Origin: Eubacteriales bacterium
GTDB lineage: Bacteria > Bacillota > Clostridia > Tissierellales > Dethiosulfatibacteraceae
Reading direction: 5' to 3'
NCBI GenBank assembly: GCA_030694905.1
Contig: JAUYTY010000211.1
Coordinates: 3,652-67,651, forward strand
DNA: 64,000 bases
This document shows, piece after piece, positions 55,073 to 64,000 of this stretch. Under the pieces are notes generated by a model. The model was given only the letters and a program-made list of their open reading frames with translations, did not search any database and was not told the origin of the DNA. The position numbers and the translations under genes are program-made. Numbering within the stretch: position 1 is the stretch's first letter; every line of letters starts with the position of its first letter.

Positions 55073-56365
55073 CTATAAAAAGAGTCTTATGAGGAAACTG
55101 GCGAGGATCAGCATAAATGCCCCTCCGATACGTGATGATATCTGTGCAAAAGGCATCAGGTCCATTCTATTTGCTGCGGAAAGAACCGCAACGTCTCCAG
55201 TGCCACCCATGTTCGCCATGCACAATCCAGCTGTTATGGATGATTCTATCGGGTAGAATCCAACCAATCTTCCGACAACACCTGAACCGATGATTGCGCC
55301 TAATACTGTCACGCCCACCAGCAACACGTATTGCAGTGTGAAGGCGTCGATAACCTGTTGCAGGTTTGTATAGGCAACACCGATACCTACGAGTAGAGTT
55401 GGGGTAAGGTTCTTCATGATGAACTGGAACCATTGGTATGCGCTTTCCTCATACTCTGCAGGTACTATACCTGTTACCTTAGCGATAGCAACCGCTATGA
55501 TCATCCATGCGTATGAGTGGATAGCGGGAACAAATTTACCAATAATCCTTCCTAGCACAAAGAAGGTCACTGCAAACAATAATCCCTTGCCAAGCATCTC
55601 AAGACTGATTGCCGCTCTTGTTTCTTTTATGTCCGCTTTCTGCTCTCTATTTGAAGAGGCAATGATCAGTTCGCCTTCCCCTGTCATAGCAGGCCTTTTC
55701 TTGCCAAGTCTGTTCAACAATCCACCTGCCACTATTGCCATGGCATTACCCATTGCTACTGCAGGAATCATGACGGATAGCACTTCAGCGGGTTCTCTAC
55801 TGAGGGCCTCACCAAAGATATTTGATAGTGGAACCGCTCCAGCTCCCATACCGCCACCCATGATGGGCACGCCGATGTAAAGGATGGCTTCAGTTGCGCC
55901 ATAGCCAATCAATGCGCCAACAAGACCTACTGCACCGAGAGCCACCAATACGCCCCCGATGATTGCCGGCAGGTATCTGACCGCTGCCCTTATAAGCAAC
56001 TGTTTGTTCATACCAAGTATACTACCTGCTATCAAGGCTGCGATGTAGAAGTCCAAGAAACCCTCGCCGACCATAAAGTTTTTTATGATTTCGACAGTCG
56101 CTTCCGGCAACACGCTGTAGGTAGCCAGTGCTGCTGAGCCAAATATGATAACGATCGGACCACCGCCTAAATAACTCCTGACGATCGGTAATCTGCCACC
56201 AATTTCATTTAGTATAGCACCAATAATCATCATAATTGCAAAAGCGCCTATCATTCCTTTTGGCAACACACCCATGTAGGTACCAATCAGAACAACTGCT
56301 GTCAACGCTCCAAAAACAGGTAATTGAATACCCATAATTCTGTAGCCAGTTACTTCATTAGACAT
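55073..56365 (-). CDS. 2-hydroxycarboxylate transporter family permease (CitS/MleP/MaeP/CimH-like)
   Basis: 430 aa, polytopic. GGMGAGAVP and GGTGDVAVL reentrant-loop motifs are typical of the 2-HCT family. Confidence 0.75.
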   Translation of the reverse strand: MSNEVTGYRIMGIQLPVFGALTAVVLIGTYMGVLPKGMIGAFAIMMIIGAILNEIGGRLPIVRSYLGGGPIVIIFGSAALATYSVLPEATVEIIKNFMVGEGFLDFYIAALIAGSILGMNKQLLIRAAVRYLPAIIGGVLVALGAVGLVGALIGYGATEAILYIGVPIMGGGMGAGAVPLSNIFGEALSREPAEVLSVMIPAVAMGNAMAIVAGGLLNRLGKKRPAMTGEGELIIASSNREQKADIKETRAAISLEMLGKGLLFAVTFFVLGRIIGKFVPAIHSYAWMIIAVAIAKVTGIVPAEYEESAYQWFQFIMKNLTPTLLVGIGVAYTNLQQVIDAFTLQYVLLVGVTVLGAIIGSGVVGRLVGFYPIESSITAGLCMANMGGTGDVAVLSAANRMDLMPFAQISSRIGGAFMLILASFLIRLFL

Positions 56366-56708
56366 AAAAATCCTCCTTAAGGATATATTTTCAAGCCATA
56401 CTTATCCGACACCGTATAATCAACTAAAAATTTCGAAAAAACAATCGCATAACGCATTATGATATGGTGTTTTGGATTAGGCACGGCATGATTTCAATGG
56501 AAATCTTCGATATTGAAAATCTTTTCTTGATTATACTATTATTTATTACAGAATTGTCATTTTAGAATTAACTAAAATGTTTTTCAATTTTAATAAATAC
56601 TGACTATATTTTAACAATATATAGAAACTGTAGATTATTCGTCAAAAAGATTCTATAATGAGATGAATGCAATATGATCAAATCAATTGATACTAAGAGG
56701 TGGCAGGA

Positions 56709-57185
56709 ATGAACGAAGCAATTATACCTAAAAGCGACCATGAAAATGAATTGAGGGCGTTGAACGTGGAGAGCGTTCTTGAGCTCTGGTCCCAGACCTA
56801 CAACACCAAAGGAAAACCTGACTGGTCTCATATTTACCCTTATTATCACGAAAACATCGTTTTTCAGGATTCCATCCAGAAAATCGAGGGTAAGACTGAG
56901 TTTATCGACATGTGTGAACGCCTCACGGAAAGGTGCCAGGAACTGCACATGGACATACACTCAATCGCACAGGGCGCCAATTTCATTATTATGGATTGGA
57001 CCATGACCATGTCCTTCAACAAGTATCCCAGCACACCCATGTACGGATCCACCAAGCTCACCCTTCACGAGGACGGCAGAATCATCGGACAGAGAGATTA
57101 TTACGACCTTTGGGGTGACATCTTCAACGGGATACCTTATTTTAAAAAGACGTACAGAAAATTTATGCGCAAGAAATTCGGTTAA
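56709..57185 (+). CDS. SnoaL/NTF2-like fold protein
   Basis: About 158 aa. Start at MNEAIIPK, 8 nt after AAGAGG. Pattern is compatible with SnoaL-like polyketide-cyclase-fold proteins; weak recognition. Confidence 0.5.
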   Translation: MNEAIIPKSDHENELRALNVESVLELWSQTYNTKGKPDWSHIYPYYHENIVFQDSIQKIEGKTEFIDMCERLTERCQELHMDIHSIAQGANFIIMDWTMTMSFNKYPSTPMYGSTKLTLHEDGRIIGQRDYYDLWGDIFNGIPYFKKTYRKFMRKKFG

Positions 57186-57196
57186 CGGAGGAAGCT

Positions 57197-58111
57197 ATGG
57201 GATTTGAATTGCCTGATGAACTGATCTTTATGAAGAATAAAAAAGCTGAGCAAAAGAAGAGCGACGCCTCCATGGCCGGAAAAGTCTGTGTCATCACCGG
57301 TGCCACTTCCGGTGTCGGACTTGAAGCCTTGAAAAAGCTTGCCGAAGGAAAAGCCGATATCGTCATGGTGTGCAGAAATTTGGAGAAAGCCAAGCTTATA
57401 AAGGAAGATATTCAGAAAAAATGGCCAGTCAATATCGATCTATTTGAAGCGGATTTCAGTATATTATCCGATGTGAGAAGGGCAGCCGGGGAAATCCTAG
57501 CTAAATACAAACAGATACATGTGCTTATCAATAGCGCCGGCCTGCATTCCACCACAAAGGTGATGACAAGGGAGGGCTTCGAGATGGTCTTTTGCGTCAA
57601 TCACCTGGCGTCCTTTTTATTTACAAGGTTGCTTATGGATCGTTTGAAGGAAAGCGCACCAGCCCGAATCATCCAAGTCAACTCTGAGGGACATCGCTTC
57701 AATGGTCTAGACATCAATGACCTGAACTGGAATAAGCGGTTTTACACAGGGTTGAGAGGTTATGGCGCCTCTAAAACAGCCCAGCTGCTGACGGTATGGG
57801 AGGTTGCTGATGAGCTGAAGGGCTCCGGTGTGACTATCAATGCCCTGCATCCAGGGGATGTGAGAACCAATATCGGCAGCAACAACGGGTGGCTGTATAG
57901 ATGTTTTCTACACAATGTCACGTGGCACTCCCTAAAAGAACCAAGCATATCAGGAGAGGCCATCTATTATCTGGCAGCCGATCCGGATATGCTTGATGTA
58001 AGTGGAAAATTCTTTCATTTGACGATTGAGGAGAAGCCAGCCAAGCACGCCCTTGACCGTGAATTAGGTAAAAAAGTCTATGATCTCAGCATGCGTATGA
58101 CTGGTCTTTAA
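57197..58111 (+). CDS. Short-chain dehydrogenase/reductase (SDR)
   Basis: TGATSGVG cofactor motif, NSAG, and YGASK (YxxxK) catalytic motif. Confidence 0.85.
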   Translation: MGFELPDELIFMKNKKAEQKKSDASMAGKVCVITGATSGVGLEALKKLAEGKADIVMVCRNLEKAKLIKEDIQKKWPVNIDLFEADFSILSDVRRAAGEILAKYKQIHVLINSAGLHSTTKVMTREGFEMVFCVNHLASFLFTRLLMDRLKESAPARIIQVNSEGHRFNGLDINDLNWNKRFYTGLRGYGASKTAQLLTVWEVADELKGSGVTINALHPGDVRTNIGSNNGWLYRCFLHNVTWHSLKEPSISGEAIYYLAADPDMLDVSGKFFHLTIEEKPAKHALDRELGKKVYDLSMRMTGL

Positions 58112-58115
58112 TCAC

Positions 58116-58151
58116 CAACAGGGAGGTCCTAGCACTGTTAGTCATCGGATA
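58116..58151 (+). repeat. Dispersed repeat copy C (diverged, opposite orientation)
   Basis: CAACAGGGAGGTCCTAGCACTGTTAGTCATCGGATA compared with the rc of copy A, CAACAGAAGTGGGAGTCTTAGCACTGTTGGTCATCGGATA. Confidence 0.7.
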
Positions 58152-59754
58152 GCGTCTTATTAACTTTATCTGCCGCTATTTTCCCTGTCATAATTGATAT
58201 CGGCAGCCCGGCTGGACTATAGGTCCACTGTCCCGCCTGAAAAACATCCGGTATGGGTGTCAAAACCGAATCGGTCACACGAGGCATTTTATTGACAGCC
58301 GGAATGGGTCTGTTTGTAAAAGCCCAACCGGTAATACCGCCATCGGAGTTGCCTGTTATTCTTTCCAATGTCAAAGGCGTTGAGGAAAATCTGTCCATCT
58401 GATTTTCTTTAATGCCTTTATATATTGTCCTGTCCAACACATCAATGATATGCCCCTCACTGATTTGTTTAAACTCTTCGTACCATCCCATCTCTTTAAT
58501 ATGCTTGACCAGCGAATGCTCAAAAAGTGTGCTGATAATCAGACCTGTTTTTCCTTCAGGCGCCATTGTGGGGTCTCTGAGCACTGGAATCGAAATCTCA
58601 TAGGTCGTGAGATTGTAGTATCTCTCAAGCCAAGCCATTAATTTGGGTTTGTCCGCTATATATTTGTCCCCGTGGACTTGACCATCCTTAACCTCTATCT
58701 CTTCCATTGAAACATTGTACAGTCCGTCTTTGAAAGGCGTGTAGAAAAAATGCGGATTTGAGATTTTTTTAAAGTGCTCAGGATCCATATCCATAGTCAG
58801 ATAAAGGGTGTATACTGAGTCTCCACCTACCTTATCTTTAAGCAGATCCTTACGTTCAAGAATATTTTGCTTGATAGAATCATCATTTATTGAATCAATA
58901 TTTAAAGCATCATACAGCCGCTTTAGATCCGCAGCCCAGATCAGTTTCTTGTAACCGTACACATTTCCTTGTGAGTCGATAGCTTCTTTCTTATCAGCAT
59001 CAATTGACTGTATGGTTGTTTCCTTAAGAACGATGCCTTGGTTTGCAATGATAAACTCCGCCATTTTTTCTGTCAGCGTGCCCGTTCCCCCTTTTGGGTA
59101 TTGGTAGTCAAGATAGAGACTGAAGTAGCTTAGGGCAAAAAAAGCTGGTGTTTCTTTAAAGAAATGCTGGTCGATCATATTGATGAGGCTCTGATTGTCA
59201 GAGAATTTAGTCAGATATTCTTTTATAGGTTGGTCCAGCCTTATGATCTTTCTGATGGTTTTCAGATACTTGAACAACCAGGGCAATAGCGTCTTGAAAA
59301 GATATTTCTTGTCATTTTTCAGATCCATAAAGAGTGGATTGTCTATGCCATACAGCACATCCATATAATCCATTATGATACTGATCTCTTTTATTATTTT
59401 TTTAACGTCTTCCTTGTTTTCAGGAAATTGGTTTTCCAACATTTTCTGATAATCCGCCAGACTATCCTTGGTCTCCACGCTGACAACCACATCCTCCATA
59501 CCGACAGATACATAGCTTTTATTAAATTCTATATCCAATCCCAATCCTTTGACCATGGGAAGCAATACCCCGGAATTCTCCATGGCTCTTATGCCGCCAT
59601 CAAAGCGGAAGCCTTTATAATTAAATGAATTGACTAACCCGCCAATCCATTTTTCCTTTTCACAAATTAAAACCTTATGGCCTTCCTTACTGATAAAGGC
59701 CCCTGCTGTCAATCCTGCAATTCCGCCACCTACGATCACCACATCGTAAATCAT
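58138..59754 (-). CDS. FAD-dependent oxidoreductase of the phytoene-desaturase/amine-oxidase (CrtI-like) family
   Basis: Start set to MIYDVVIVGGGIAGLTAG (dinucleotide-binding GxGxxG). About 538 aa. Confidence 0.75.
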   Translation of the reverse strand: MIYDVVIVGGGIAGLTAGAFISKEGHKVLICEKEKWIGGLVNSFNYKGFRFDGGIRAMENSGVLLPMVKGLGLDIEFNKSYVSVGMEDVVVSVETKDSLADYQKMLENQFPENKEDVKKIIKEISIIMDYMDVLYGIDNPLFMDLKNDKKYLFKTLLPWLFKYLKTIRKIIRLDQPIKEYLTKFSDNQSLINMIDQHFFKETPAFFALSYFSLYLDYQYPKGGTGTLTEKMAEFIIANQGIVLKETTIQSIDADKKEAIDSQGNVYGYKKLIWAADLKRLYDALNIDSINDDSIKQNILERKDLLKDKVGGDSVYTLYLTMDMDPEHFKKISNPHFFYTPFKDGLYNVSMEEIEVKDGQVHGDKYIADKPKLMAWLERYYNLTTYEISIPVLRDPTMAPEGKTGLIISTLFEHSLVKHIKEMGWYEEFKQISEGHIIDVLDRTIYKGIKENQMDRFSSTPLTLERITGNSDGGITGWAFTNRPIPAVNKMPRVTDSVLTPIPDVFQAGQWTYSPAGLPISIMTGKIAADKVNKTLSDD

Positions 59755-59825
59755 GAAATACCCCCACTTTAGATAAATAGTGAAATAATAACCTGATAAA
59801 ATTCTAAACCAGATATGGTGTCTTG

Positions 59826-60608
59826 TCAATGATTGGAATGGGCCATTCTCTTTACCATCAAGTCAAAGAATTTCCCGATGATTTTTTTAATCGGATTGAT
59901 TTCAACGTCATAATAATAATCCGAATCAAGCCAGCCCTTCGCTTCATAATATCTTCTATCAGGCTCCAAAGCCTCATCGAAGTATTTCATTGACGAACGG
60001 GTCATTCTGAAGATCATGAACTTGAACAAGGATGGTTGAACAGGCTTTTCATTGTGAAGCGCTTTTGTGAACTGCTCCAAAGCCCTCATGATGGCTTTGC
60101 TGTTTTTCACTTTTATCTCATCTTTCAATCCAACTTTGGGGTATATGCCACCTGAAGCGACGACTCCCTTCACTTCTTTCATACCCCAAAAGCCCATGGC
60201 TTCATTGATATATTTTGCTACCTTTTTCCCGCCATATACCCCCTGCACAATCACTGGCAGGCAAACTCTTCCAAATAGCCTTGGGCGATGGAAAACATAT
60301 GCCAATCGGTCAAACAGATCTTTCAAGATGCCCGGCACTGATAAGGAATAATTAGGGACTACAAAAATCACACCATCGGACCATTCCAGTTTATCTAGAA
60401 TAAGTCTGACATCATCGTCTTTCAACGGGCAGCTTGAGCTTCCCACCGAAAAACAGGCACAGCATCCCTTACATCTTGTAATGTCGTAATCTCTCAATTC
60501 GATCAGCTCAACAGATGCCTTCTTGCTCATTTCATCCTTCATCTGAACCGCCACCTCGTGTGAAAAACCTTTCCGACTGCTTGCTTCAATAATCAACACT
60601 TTTTTCAT
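59826..60608 (-). CDS. Flavodoxin-like fold NAD(P)H-dependent reductase / iron-sulfur flavoprotein-like
   Basis: KKVLIIEASSRKG N-terminus and compact Cys cluster CKGCCACFSVGSSSCP. Confidence 0.65.
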   Translation of the reverse strand: MKKVLIIEASSRKGFSHEVAVQMKDEMSKKASVELIELRDYDITRCKGCCACFSVGSSSCPLKDDDVRLILDKLEWSDGVIFVVPNYSLSVPGILKDLFDRLAYVFHRPRLFGRVCLPVIVQGVYGGKKVAKYINEAMGFWGMKEVKGVVASGGIYPKVGLKDEIKVKNSKAIMRALEQFTKALHNEKPVQPSLFKFMIFRMTRSSMKYFDEALEPDRRYYEAKGWLDSDYYYDVEINPIKKIIGKFFDLMVKRMAHSNH

Positions 60609-60667
60609 AATAATCCTATTGATTTCTCCTCTTCTTAATTTATAGTTTGTTTAATGCTTTATAAAAC

Positions 60668-61477
60668 TTATATTGGCATTTTGGGAGTTTTTTTCAGTTT
60701 ATCACTGTTGAATAAAAAGATAAAGATGATAAATATTGACAAAACAATCAAAAAAATAACGGATGTCCTATTGTAACCGATCCTCATCAATACTACAGGG
60801 TCTATGGCATTTATAGCTGCGTTAACCGACGCATGAGCCAGGATCGCTAAAGTGATGGAACCTTTGGTGTTTTCATATATCCAGGACAGAAACAACGATA
60901 GCAAAACTGCGAAAATCATTATGACAATGAATGATTTAACATCGGTTGTCCCTTCCGAGAAAAGCTTGGGAAAATGCCATGCGCCCCAGATGACACCCAG
61001 CACAATGGAAGCCGTTAAAGGACTGAGCGTGTTTCTAAGTCTTGGTAGTGCAAAGCCCCGCCAGCCTACTTCCTCAAAAGTGGCAAACACCAAGAAAACA
61101 GGCATCATAGAGATATAATCACCAAATGAATAGTATTGAAATGTTTTTTCCAGTGCCCCATCCAATATAAAGTAAACCAGCAGGGTTGCTATGCTTATAC
61201 CAACAAAAGTGAGTGCGGCAAAAAAATACCATCTGAGTTGAACCTCCTTACAACCAAATCTAGAAACAAGATCCCTGACGCCTCTCCCGCCAAAGATCCT
61301 TAGCGACAATAAAGTGGAAACGGCAATCGGACCCAGAACACCGAGCCCGAAGGCAGAACTGAGAGAATCATTTTTATAGATGCCCCGAGACAAGAAAATC
61401 GGTATTGTCCAAAAGAACCATGAGAATACAAAAGTAAGCACAAAATATAAAATCAGTCGGTTGGTTTTGTTTTTCAT
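60668..61477 (-). CDS. CPBP family intramembrane glutamic endopeptidase (CAAX protease-like)
   Basis: EEVGWRGF and WGAWH motifs; polytopic. Start set to MKNKTNRL after GGAGAA. Confidence 0.8.
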   Translation of the reverse strand: MKNKTNRLILYFVLTFVFSWFFWTIPIFLSRGIYKNDSLSSAFGLGVLGPIAVSTLLSLRIFGGRGVRDLVSRFGCKEVQLRWYFFAALTFVGISIATLLVYFILDGALEKTFQYYSFGDYISMMPVFLVFATFEEVGWRGFALPRLRNTLSPLTASIVLGVIWGAWHFPKLFSEGTTDVKSFIVIMIFAVLLSLFLSWIYENTKGSITLAILAHASVNAAINAIDPVVLMRIGYNRTSVIFLIVLSIFIIFIFLFNSDKLKKTPKMPI

Positions 61478-61497
61478 TTTATTCTCCAAATTGCATA

Positions 61498-61935
61498 CTA
61501 TTTTATACTAACCTCAACTTGACACTTTTGCCCTTCCCATAATGTTTCGAAAACTGTATAGGTTGCATTTTCATCAATGCCATTTACCATTGCTTCCATA
61601 GGGTCCAGACAGTATATGTTGCATGGGCTCTGTGCGCCCATTCTTTTAGCAAGACTGCAAAGCATGCAGCCAGTCGCTTCAGCCTTAAAGCCATGATCTG
61701 AATCTGTGGTCTTCCAGTTGGCACAACCAAATATTTCGGGCAGCACTTCAAAGACTTCCTGGGGTTTGGTGATACCTAGCTGTGCGGCACGCATCTTGCC
61801 GCTTATGAACTGCTCAGCCCTTTTTTCCGCTGTAACCTTCTCGAGAATGCCTTCCCTCCCCATTCTCAATACCGAATCAGCAAGAGCGCCTGCATACATT
61901 CCCTGTAACAATTTAATCTTTTTTTCCATCTCCAT
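61498..61935 (-). CDS. Small Cys-rich protein, possibly L-2-amino-thiazoline-4-carboxylate (ATC) hydrolase-like family
   Basis: 145 aa with GCANW...GCMLCSLAK...CNIYCLDP...GQKC. Family assignment is from memory of the Cys pattern only. Confidence 0.35.
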   Translation of the reverse strand: MEMEKKIKLLQGMYAGALADSVLRMGREGILEKVTAEKRAEQFISGKMRAAQLGITKPQEVFEVLPEIFGCANWKTTDSDHGFKAEATGCMLCSLAKRMGAQSPCNIYCLDPMEAMVNGIDENATYTVFETLWEGQKCQVEVSIK

Positions 61936-61997
61936 TTTATTTAACTCCTCTTTATTTAATTTTTCTATCTATCGTTAGATATGTTTGGCGCAAATTT

Positions 61998-62567
61998 TTA
62001 CTTCGGTTTAACACTATTCATCATAAAATCAATTTCCTTTTTGATTTCTTCATCTGATATCTTCTCATCCAACAGAATAATCTTTTCCATCATGTTCTCT
62101 AGAATTCGGACCATAATACTTGAAAACACAGGCAGCACCTCAGGATCATCGCATGCTTTGGCTAGAATCCGTTTTGTCCTTTCAAGACGTTCATTCTCCC
62201 ATTTCACTATCTTATCTCTCACCTCTTTACTCCCATCGAAACCCAACCATACCTTCATTGACAGCTTATAGACACCCTTGTCATAATCATTCAGTTCCAT
62301 TCTCTGTTTCACAGCTTGATAATAAATATCCGCAAGGGGAACATTCAGGGTGATCGAAGCATTTAGCCTTTCTATCAGTAAAATAAACTCGTTGTAGGAA
62401 ACCTCTTCAAAAAGGCTGTTCTTATTATTGTAGTAGTAATAAAGCATGGGCACGGAGCATTCCGATTCCTTTGCAATTTCTCTGATGGTCGTTCCATGAA
62501 ATCCCTTCTGACTGAATATTTCAACCGCTTTCTTTTTTATGGTTTCCTTAATGTCTGGCTTTTCCAT
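61998..62567 (-). CDS. TetR/AcrR family transcriptional regulator
   Basis: 189 aa with an N-terminal HTH (FSQKGFHGTTIREIAKESECSVPMLYYYY). Confidence 0.85.
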   Translation of the reverse strand: MEKPDIKETIKKKAVEIFSQKGFHGTTIREIAKESECSVPMLYYYYNNKNSLFEEVSYNEFILLIERLNASITLNVPLADIYYQAVKQRMELNDYDKGVYKLSMKVWLGFDGSKEVRDKIVKWENERLERTKRILAKACDDPEVLPVFSSIMVRILENMMEKIILLDEKISDEEIKKEIDFMMNSVKPK

Positions 62568-62634
62568 GATTTCTCCTTATCTATCGTTCGTTAGAATCAT
62601 AATATACCTGTTTTTATTTTTTGTCAATAGGGGA

Positions 62635-63708
62635 TTATTTGTCCTGCTTAACCAAATCGTACAGCCTCTTGTTCTGATAAATCCGCTCCTTACCAATTTT
62701 CTCTGAAGTAAGAAAACCCTCTTCTTCAAGTGAGTTCAGATAACTGACTGCAGTCTTTCTTGTTACAGATAAACCCTTTTCAACATAATTGATCTTGGTA
62801 TAAAATTCATAGAACAATAAATCGATTAGTTCCTTGGAATATATTTTAGGGAGCTTTTCTTTAATCTCCGCTCTCATTGTTTCAACCTCAGAATTGATTC
62901 TCTTTACTAGCCTCAAAGCTTCTATTGCTGTTTCTTCAATACCTGTGAGAATATAAAGAATCCATTCCTCCCAGTTATTTCCGGTGCGAACCTCCTGAAG
63001 CAATCTGTAATATGCCGACTTGTTCTTGATTATATAGCTACTTAAATAGAGGATTGGGCTATCAAGCAAATCTTTTAATACAAAATAAAGGACATTTATT
63101 ATCCTCCCTGTCCTACCGTTGCCATCATAAAAGGGATGAATGCTTTCGAATTGATAGTGAATCACTGCAAGCTTAATTAATGGATCAATATCATTATCGT
63201 GATCTTCATTGATGTATTTCTCGAGATTACCTAAAAGATCTCTGATTTCGGCCTCCCCGGCAGGCGGTGTATAAACAGTTTCACCGGTTCTTTCATTTTT
63301 TGAGACAGTGCCCGGCAGCTTTCTGATACCTGCACGATTCTTTTCTATAATACCTTGAATCTCTATAATCATATTGGTTGTAAGCATTTCTCGAGCTTTA
63401 ACCAACTCATACCCTTGCCATAATGCAGTTCTGTAGCTCGCAACTTCCTTTGCTGCCGGACTTGCACCACTTGCTTCACTCATAGCCTTATATAGGTCAT
63501 CATGAGTTGTAATGATGTTTTCAATCGCTGAACTGTCCTTGGCTTCATTGATCATTACTGCATTTATCAGAATATGCTTATTGGGAATTGTGTCAGCGTA
63601 TCCTTTCAGTTCAGCCAAAGCGCGATTGGCTCTAGCCAGTTGCTTTAACACTGCTATTGTTTCCAACTCAAGTTCCGGTGGCAACATAGGTAATTTGTTA
63701 TCATTCAT
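62635..63708 (-). CDS. Fic family protein (class II, with N-terminal inhibitory helix and C-terminal wHTH)
   Basis: Catalytic HPFYDGNGRTGR. Inhibitory-motif-like SSAIEN upstream. Start at MNDNKLPML, 8 nt after GGAGG. Confidence 0.85.
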   Translation of the reverse strand: MNDNKLPMLPPELELETIAVLKQLARANRALAELKGYADTIPNKHILINAVMINEAKDSSAIENIITTHDDLYKAMSEASGASPAAKEVASYRTALWQGYELVKAREMLTTNMIIEIQGIIEKNRAGIRKLPGTVSKNERTGETVYTPPAGEAEIRDLLGNLEKYINEDHDNDIDPLIKLAVIHYQFESIHPFYDGNGRTGRIINVLYFVLKDLLDSPILYLSSYIIKNKSAYYRLLQEVRTGNNWEEWILYILTGIEETAIEALRLVKRINSEVETMRAEIKEKLPKIYSKELIDLLFYEFYTKINYVEKGLSVTRKTAVSYLNSLEEEGFLTSEKIGKERIYQNKRLYDLVKQDK

Positions 63709-63745
63709 TGTACACACCTCCATCATATAAGTATTATATTGCTAA

Positions 63746-63798
63746 AATTTACCTATGTCAACACAATATAGGTAAATTATTTAATTATTTACCTATGT
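63746..63798. promoter_or_regulatory. Operator-like repeats: 11-bp perfect inverted repeat AATTTACCTAT-N11-ATAGGTAAATT, plus a third direct copy ATTTACCTATGT
   Basis: Seen directly at 63746..63756, 63768..63778 and 63787..63798, immediately upstream of the Fic gene. Confidence 0.5.
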
Positions 63799-64000
63799 AA
63801 AGATATATATTTTGAACACTAAGTGAAGTTTATTGCGTGTGAAACGCCACCTGAACCCAATAACTCTGTTTATTAACAAGAATTTTACACCGACGCAACT
63901 CGCACTTAACAAATGAAAGATATACTGATGATGAACCAAGAACTCTTTACTAGGAGATGTGATAAATATGATTATCCATACCCATTCAGCTATAGGTCAT

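Noticed and set aside
63967-64000. A possible gene start (MIIHTHSAIGH...) after an AGGAG motif at the window edge.
   Set aside because: Only 11 codons are visible and the RBS spacing is ambiguous, so it is too short to call or name.

Overview
This is a densely coding 64 kb chromosomal segment that looks like a low-GC Firmicute, probably an anaerobic Clostridia-type organism. Evidence: GGAGG-type ribosome-binding sites, a T-box leader, a tungsten/molybdenum aldehyde:ferredoxin oxidoreductase (AOR), a corrinoid reductive activase and a selenoprotein gene. I support about 64 protein genes, all assigned by reading the translations for family motifs; no database search was possible. I saw no rRNA, tRNA, CRISPR array, transposase, integrase or phage genes.

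Layout:
- 1..22.1 kb: one long minus-strand locus headed by a GntR regulator. It holds a peptide ABC importer, five peptidase/amidohydrolase genes, a D-aminoacylase-family enzyme, then a redox and C-C cleavage module (Gfo/Idh/MocA, an unknown Cys/Trp-rich protein, an aldolase-like barrel, polyferredoxin, AOR, aminotransferases, a DapA-family lyase).
- 22.2..23.7 kb: stand-alone trpB behind a Trp (UGG) T-box.
- 23.8..26.2 kb: corrinoid reductive activase plus a MetH-activation-domain-like protein, with no cognate methyltransferase in view.
- 27..30.4 kb: aminotransferase, then aroF-tyrA preceded by a promoter, a Tyr-rich mini-ORF and a terminator.
- 30.4..32.1 kb: ccdA, a TlpA-like thioredoxin and a HesB/IscA-like gene with an in-frame TGA (the ORF track missed it). 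An ATACCCC-N3-GGGGTAT palindrome sits inside the promoter.
- 32.1..34.6 kb: hom-aspartate aminotransferase.
- 35.5..40.6 kb: degenerate ppx-like gene, ppk1 and ppx.
- 40.8..48.8 kb: LCP protein, orphan hotdog-fold ammonia-lyase-like gene, lipoprotein hydrolase, ABC exporter pair, M20D amidohydrolase and anchored MsrAB.
- 48.9..51.9 kb: TPP-riboswitch-controlled ykoF-like/thiXYZ.
- 52..56.4 kb: 2-hydroxycarboxylate transporter, LeuCD-like dehydratase and malic enzyme.
- 56.7..62.6 kb: a redox cluster of unknown function with a TetR regulator.
- 62.6..63.8 kb: class II Fic protein with repeat operators.

The best candidates for something new are the AOR-centred peptide catabolic locus, the selenoprotein-containing envelope redox operon, the Tyr leader-peptide attenuator, and a roughly 35-nt dispersed repeat at gene 3' ends.
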